Source: a virus | Lineage: Duplodnaviria > Caudoviricetes | DNA: 26,960 bases | Strand: one strand, 5' to 3' | IMG/VR virus record: IMGVR_UViG_3300017910_000383 | Span: 1 to 26,960 of that record | Shown: positions 24,753 to 26,960 of the stretch, in pieces | How the letters are laid out: every line of letters begins with the position of its first letter | How positions within the stretch are numbered: position 1 is the stretch's first letter | The notes under the pieces: model-generated | The model's database searches: none | Told to the model about the DNA's origin: nothing | What the model saw: the letters and a program-made list of their open reading frames with translations, nothing else | Made by a program: the position numbers and the translations under genes

Positions 24753-25306
24753 CAGGTTTCATCAGGCCAATCGTTAATCGGTGCAACTTTACCACCATCA
24801 GGCACGTCATAAAGAGCCATGAATTTTGCGTGAGTGTCGCAAGCGGTTATAGCATCTTCGATGGTTTTACACGCAGTGCGGACAGCCGTTCTGTAAGTTG
24901 TAACAGAGGATGGTATAGCAGTTCCCGCCTCTGCCTTCCTCGTCACGTACCAATCAGAGTCGCTAAGTTTCGCTCTTGCTATTGTTTTTGTATTTGCGGT
25001 TGCAGTTGACTTGAGTCCATAGTTGATGACTTGATTACCGTTTTCATCTTTTAATTTGTTGCCGCTTTCATCTGTAGCGTCTTCGTCATCTATCTTTCTT
25101 TCGACCAAGTTTTTTTCTTCAGAATCCCATCCCCAATAGAACCTATTGTCCCAAGTCTTTGGGTCAGCCACATAAGTTAAGCCTGCGGCCTTCTTTTCTG
25201 CATCCGTCATTCGCGCCCATGCGGATGAGTATTGTGTGCCATCTGATCCAACCCATGATCGACCCTCTCGTATAATTTTGTCACCTAACTTCCACGGCAT
25301 AATCAA
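24752..25306 (-). CDS. Tail fibre assembly chaperone-like protein
   Basis: LSDSDWYVTRKAE...IP....YRTAVR and a terminal WP motif; directly downstream of the fibre gene. Confidence 0.7.
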   Translation of the reverse strand: MIMPWKLGDKIIREGRSWVGSDGTQYSSAWARMTDAEKKAAGLTYVADPKTWDNRFYWGWDSEEKNLVERKIDDEDATDESGNKLKDENGNQVINYGLKSTATANTKTIARAKLSDSDWYVTRKAEAGTAIPSSVTTYRTAVRTACKTIEDAITACDTHAKFMALYDVPDGGKVAPINDWPDET

Positions 25307-25312
25307 AATCTC

Positions 25313-26960
25313 CTATCTTGCGTTAGAGTACTTAAATGGTTGATCCGCAAATGCCAAATATAAATAGTTTCTTGTGCCAAAAGAGACTTCTCCTGAACCA
25401 GCACTAGTAGTTCTAATTTTGAATCCATTTGACAAGAAATCGATAGTGGCAGTAGAAGCATTTACATTGCCTTCAACAACGGAAAGATTCCCGCCCAAAA
25501 ATTGTCCTAGGGGTGGCCCAATGTTAAAGGGGCTTCGTTTGTTATCCATGAGGTACCAGCCTTCGGAGTTATCATAGTTCTTCAAAAGAATCCATGCTGG
25601 CCTAAAGCCAGTAAAAACAAACGTACCATCAGTGCTGTTATTATTTTGCCATTCTCCAATTTTGCTATAACCATCCACACTTGCGAATGAATAACAAATA
25701 AATGTATCTGAAGAAGCGTTAATGCCGGTATTAGAATCAAGACCAATCGTTGTTGCATTAAAAGTTACATTACTTGATGCCGACCCAGTAACTCGTGCGG
25801 CATTAGTTTCCCCCTTTAAGAAATTTCCGCTACCCGAAGCCCCAATTACATCTCCGAACACATACCACCCTTGTGCCTCTGTGATACCTTTAATGATAAT
25901 TAATTCAGGCGTGACGCCGAGACCGTGACCAAACGTAGGAGCATTTACTTGTTGTGTGCCTGTAAACTTTGCAATGCTAAATTTGGCTTTTGTATTAACG
26001 CTCAATTGAACTTCTTGTGAGCCATCATTGTTTGCGCTGGCTGTGCCTCCTGCTCTCCAAGTCCATGCAACATATGTATTTGTACCCTTGTTTACTAGGC
26101 TACGCGGGTTCGATCCAGAGCTTCCTCCTGCGACCGTAAAACCATCAGAGGTAAATGCAGACAATACTCCGTTGCCGTTTCCTTGTGTGTCAACTCTGTT
26201 GAAACCTAAAGCTGTGTTAGTTGATCCTGCTGTAGCTGTTCCTCTAATCACATCAAACATTGCGTGTGCAATATCTAAGGTTCTAGATTTGATCCAAACA
26301 AAATCTGGCTGAAACTCCAAACCTGTGACCGTGAGTGTTCCATTGTTTGCGGTGTACGTGGTTGTGTCAAAGTACTGATCCGGTGTTTCGTCTTCGGCGG
26401 GATCAATCGCTGGATCAGGCAGATTAGCTGTGTTGAGTGCCTTAAATCCAGTAGGCAATGTCCCTGAACCATCCGTACCGTTAAAAGCACTTTGACCAAA
26501 GTTAAAAGTTTGCTCCGTATTTCTACCAAAAACTAGGGGGCATAGGTTATTAAAATCGAGAACACCATCCAGTTCTGACGTCGGTATTGTTCCCTGACTT
26601 GACGCAGTTTGACCGGCAGAAGTAGCTAAATAAAACTCTAACGTTTGATTATCAGCATCAAAAGCAACACCAACAATGTTATTGGCATTTTGCGCAGTAC
26701 CGTAACTTGCAAATCCAGTTTCTATATGTTTATTACCATTCGACAAATATGCCACTAAATTAGCGTAGTTGCCCCAAGTAGTAGAGGTTCTAGATATTTG
26801 ATTTCCTATCCCTACACCGTTACCGGCACTACTGTCTTCAGCGTTGATTGTCACCTCGTGATACCACTTGCCTGATGTTGGATAGTTAAAAGTTGCTGTG
26901 GTTCCACCATGTGTCCCACTGCTGTTTGTGCTTTTTAATCGACCCTCTGACAGACTGTGA
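25313..26960 (-). CDS. Tail fibre/receptor-binding protein with a SPRY/ConA-like lectin domain (5' truncated by the window edge)
   Basis: The frame stays open to the edge (...SEGRLK...TSGKWYHEV). VGVAFDAD, FNFGQ, FQPDFVWIKSR, GFRPAWILLK and DFLSNGFKIR motifs. Confidence 0.8.
   Translation of the reverse strand, partial: HSLSEGRLKSTNSSGTHGGTTATFNYPTSGKWYHEVTINAEDSSAGNGVGIGNQISRTSTTWGNYANLVAYLSNGNKHIETGFASYGTAQNANNIVGVAFDADNQTLEFYLATSAGQTASSQGTIPTSELDGVLDFNNLCPLVFGRNTEQTFNFGQSAFNGTDGSGTLPTGFKALNTANLPDPAIDPAEDETPDQYFDTTTYTANNGTLTVTGLEFQPDFVWIKSRTLDIAHAMFDVIRGTATAGSTNTALGFNRVDTQGNGNGVLSAFTSDGFTVAGGSSGSNPRSLVNKGTNTYVAWTWRAGGTASANNDGSQEVQLSVNTKAKFSIAKFTGTQQVNAPTFGHGLGVTPELIIIKGITEAQGWYVFGDVIGASGSGNFLKGETNAARVTGSASSNVTFNATTIGLDSNTGINASSDTFICYSFASVDGYSKIGEWQNNNSTDGTFVFTGFRPAWILLKNYDNSEGWYLMDNKRSPFNIGPPLGQFLGGNLSVVEGNVNASTATIDFLSNGFKIRTTSAGSGEVSFGTRNYLYLAFADQPFKYSNAR

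Larger units (their letters stand above)
1..26960. mobile_element. Segment of a tailed dsDNA bacteriophage genome (podovirus-like): tail, internal virion, replication and early modules
   Basis: Dense, mostly co-oriented ORFs with ATGA overlaps. Phage-type PolA, primase, helicases, tail fibre and tail-tube-like proteins. No cellular housekeeping genes. Confidence 0.95.

Noticed and set aside
25313-25700. Diversity-generating retroelement target in the tail fibre C-terminus
   Set aside because: No template repeat or reverse transcriptase in the window. It cannot be excluded outside the window.
1-26960. Integrase, att site, tRNA or CRISPR array
   Set aside because: None recognised by eye, so lifestyle and host cannot be assigned from this window.

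Overview
The whole window is a segment of a tailed dsDNA phage, most likely a podovirus-like phage of the kind common in marine metagenomes. No host genes, integrase, portal, capsid or terminase are visible. Almost all genes are on the minus strand. From right to left: (1) a tail module with a truncated SPRY/lectin-type tail fibre, a fibre chaperone and a tail-tube/stabilisation protein that is split in two; (2) a run of putative internal virion/ejection proteins with an HlyC-type (RTX toxin-activating) lysine acyltransferase embedded in it; (3) a divergent SNF2 helicase; (4) a replication operon with a putative SSB, an AEP primase, a UvrD-like helicase and a Leu762-type family A DNA polymerase; (5) small early genes with sigma70-type promoters sharing a TCGCATA motif, a ribbon-helix-helix regulator and an apparent ~225-nt structured ncRNA. 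The best leads are the virion-operon acyltransferase, the ncRNA together with anti-Shine-Dalgarno hairpins, the RHH/TCGCATA regulon and the split tail gene. All family calls come from motif recognition by eye; no database searches were run.
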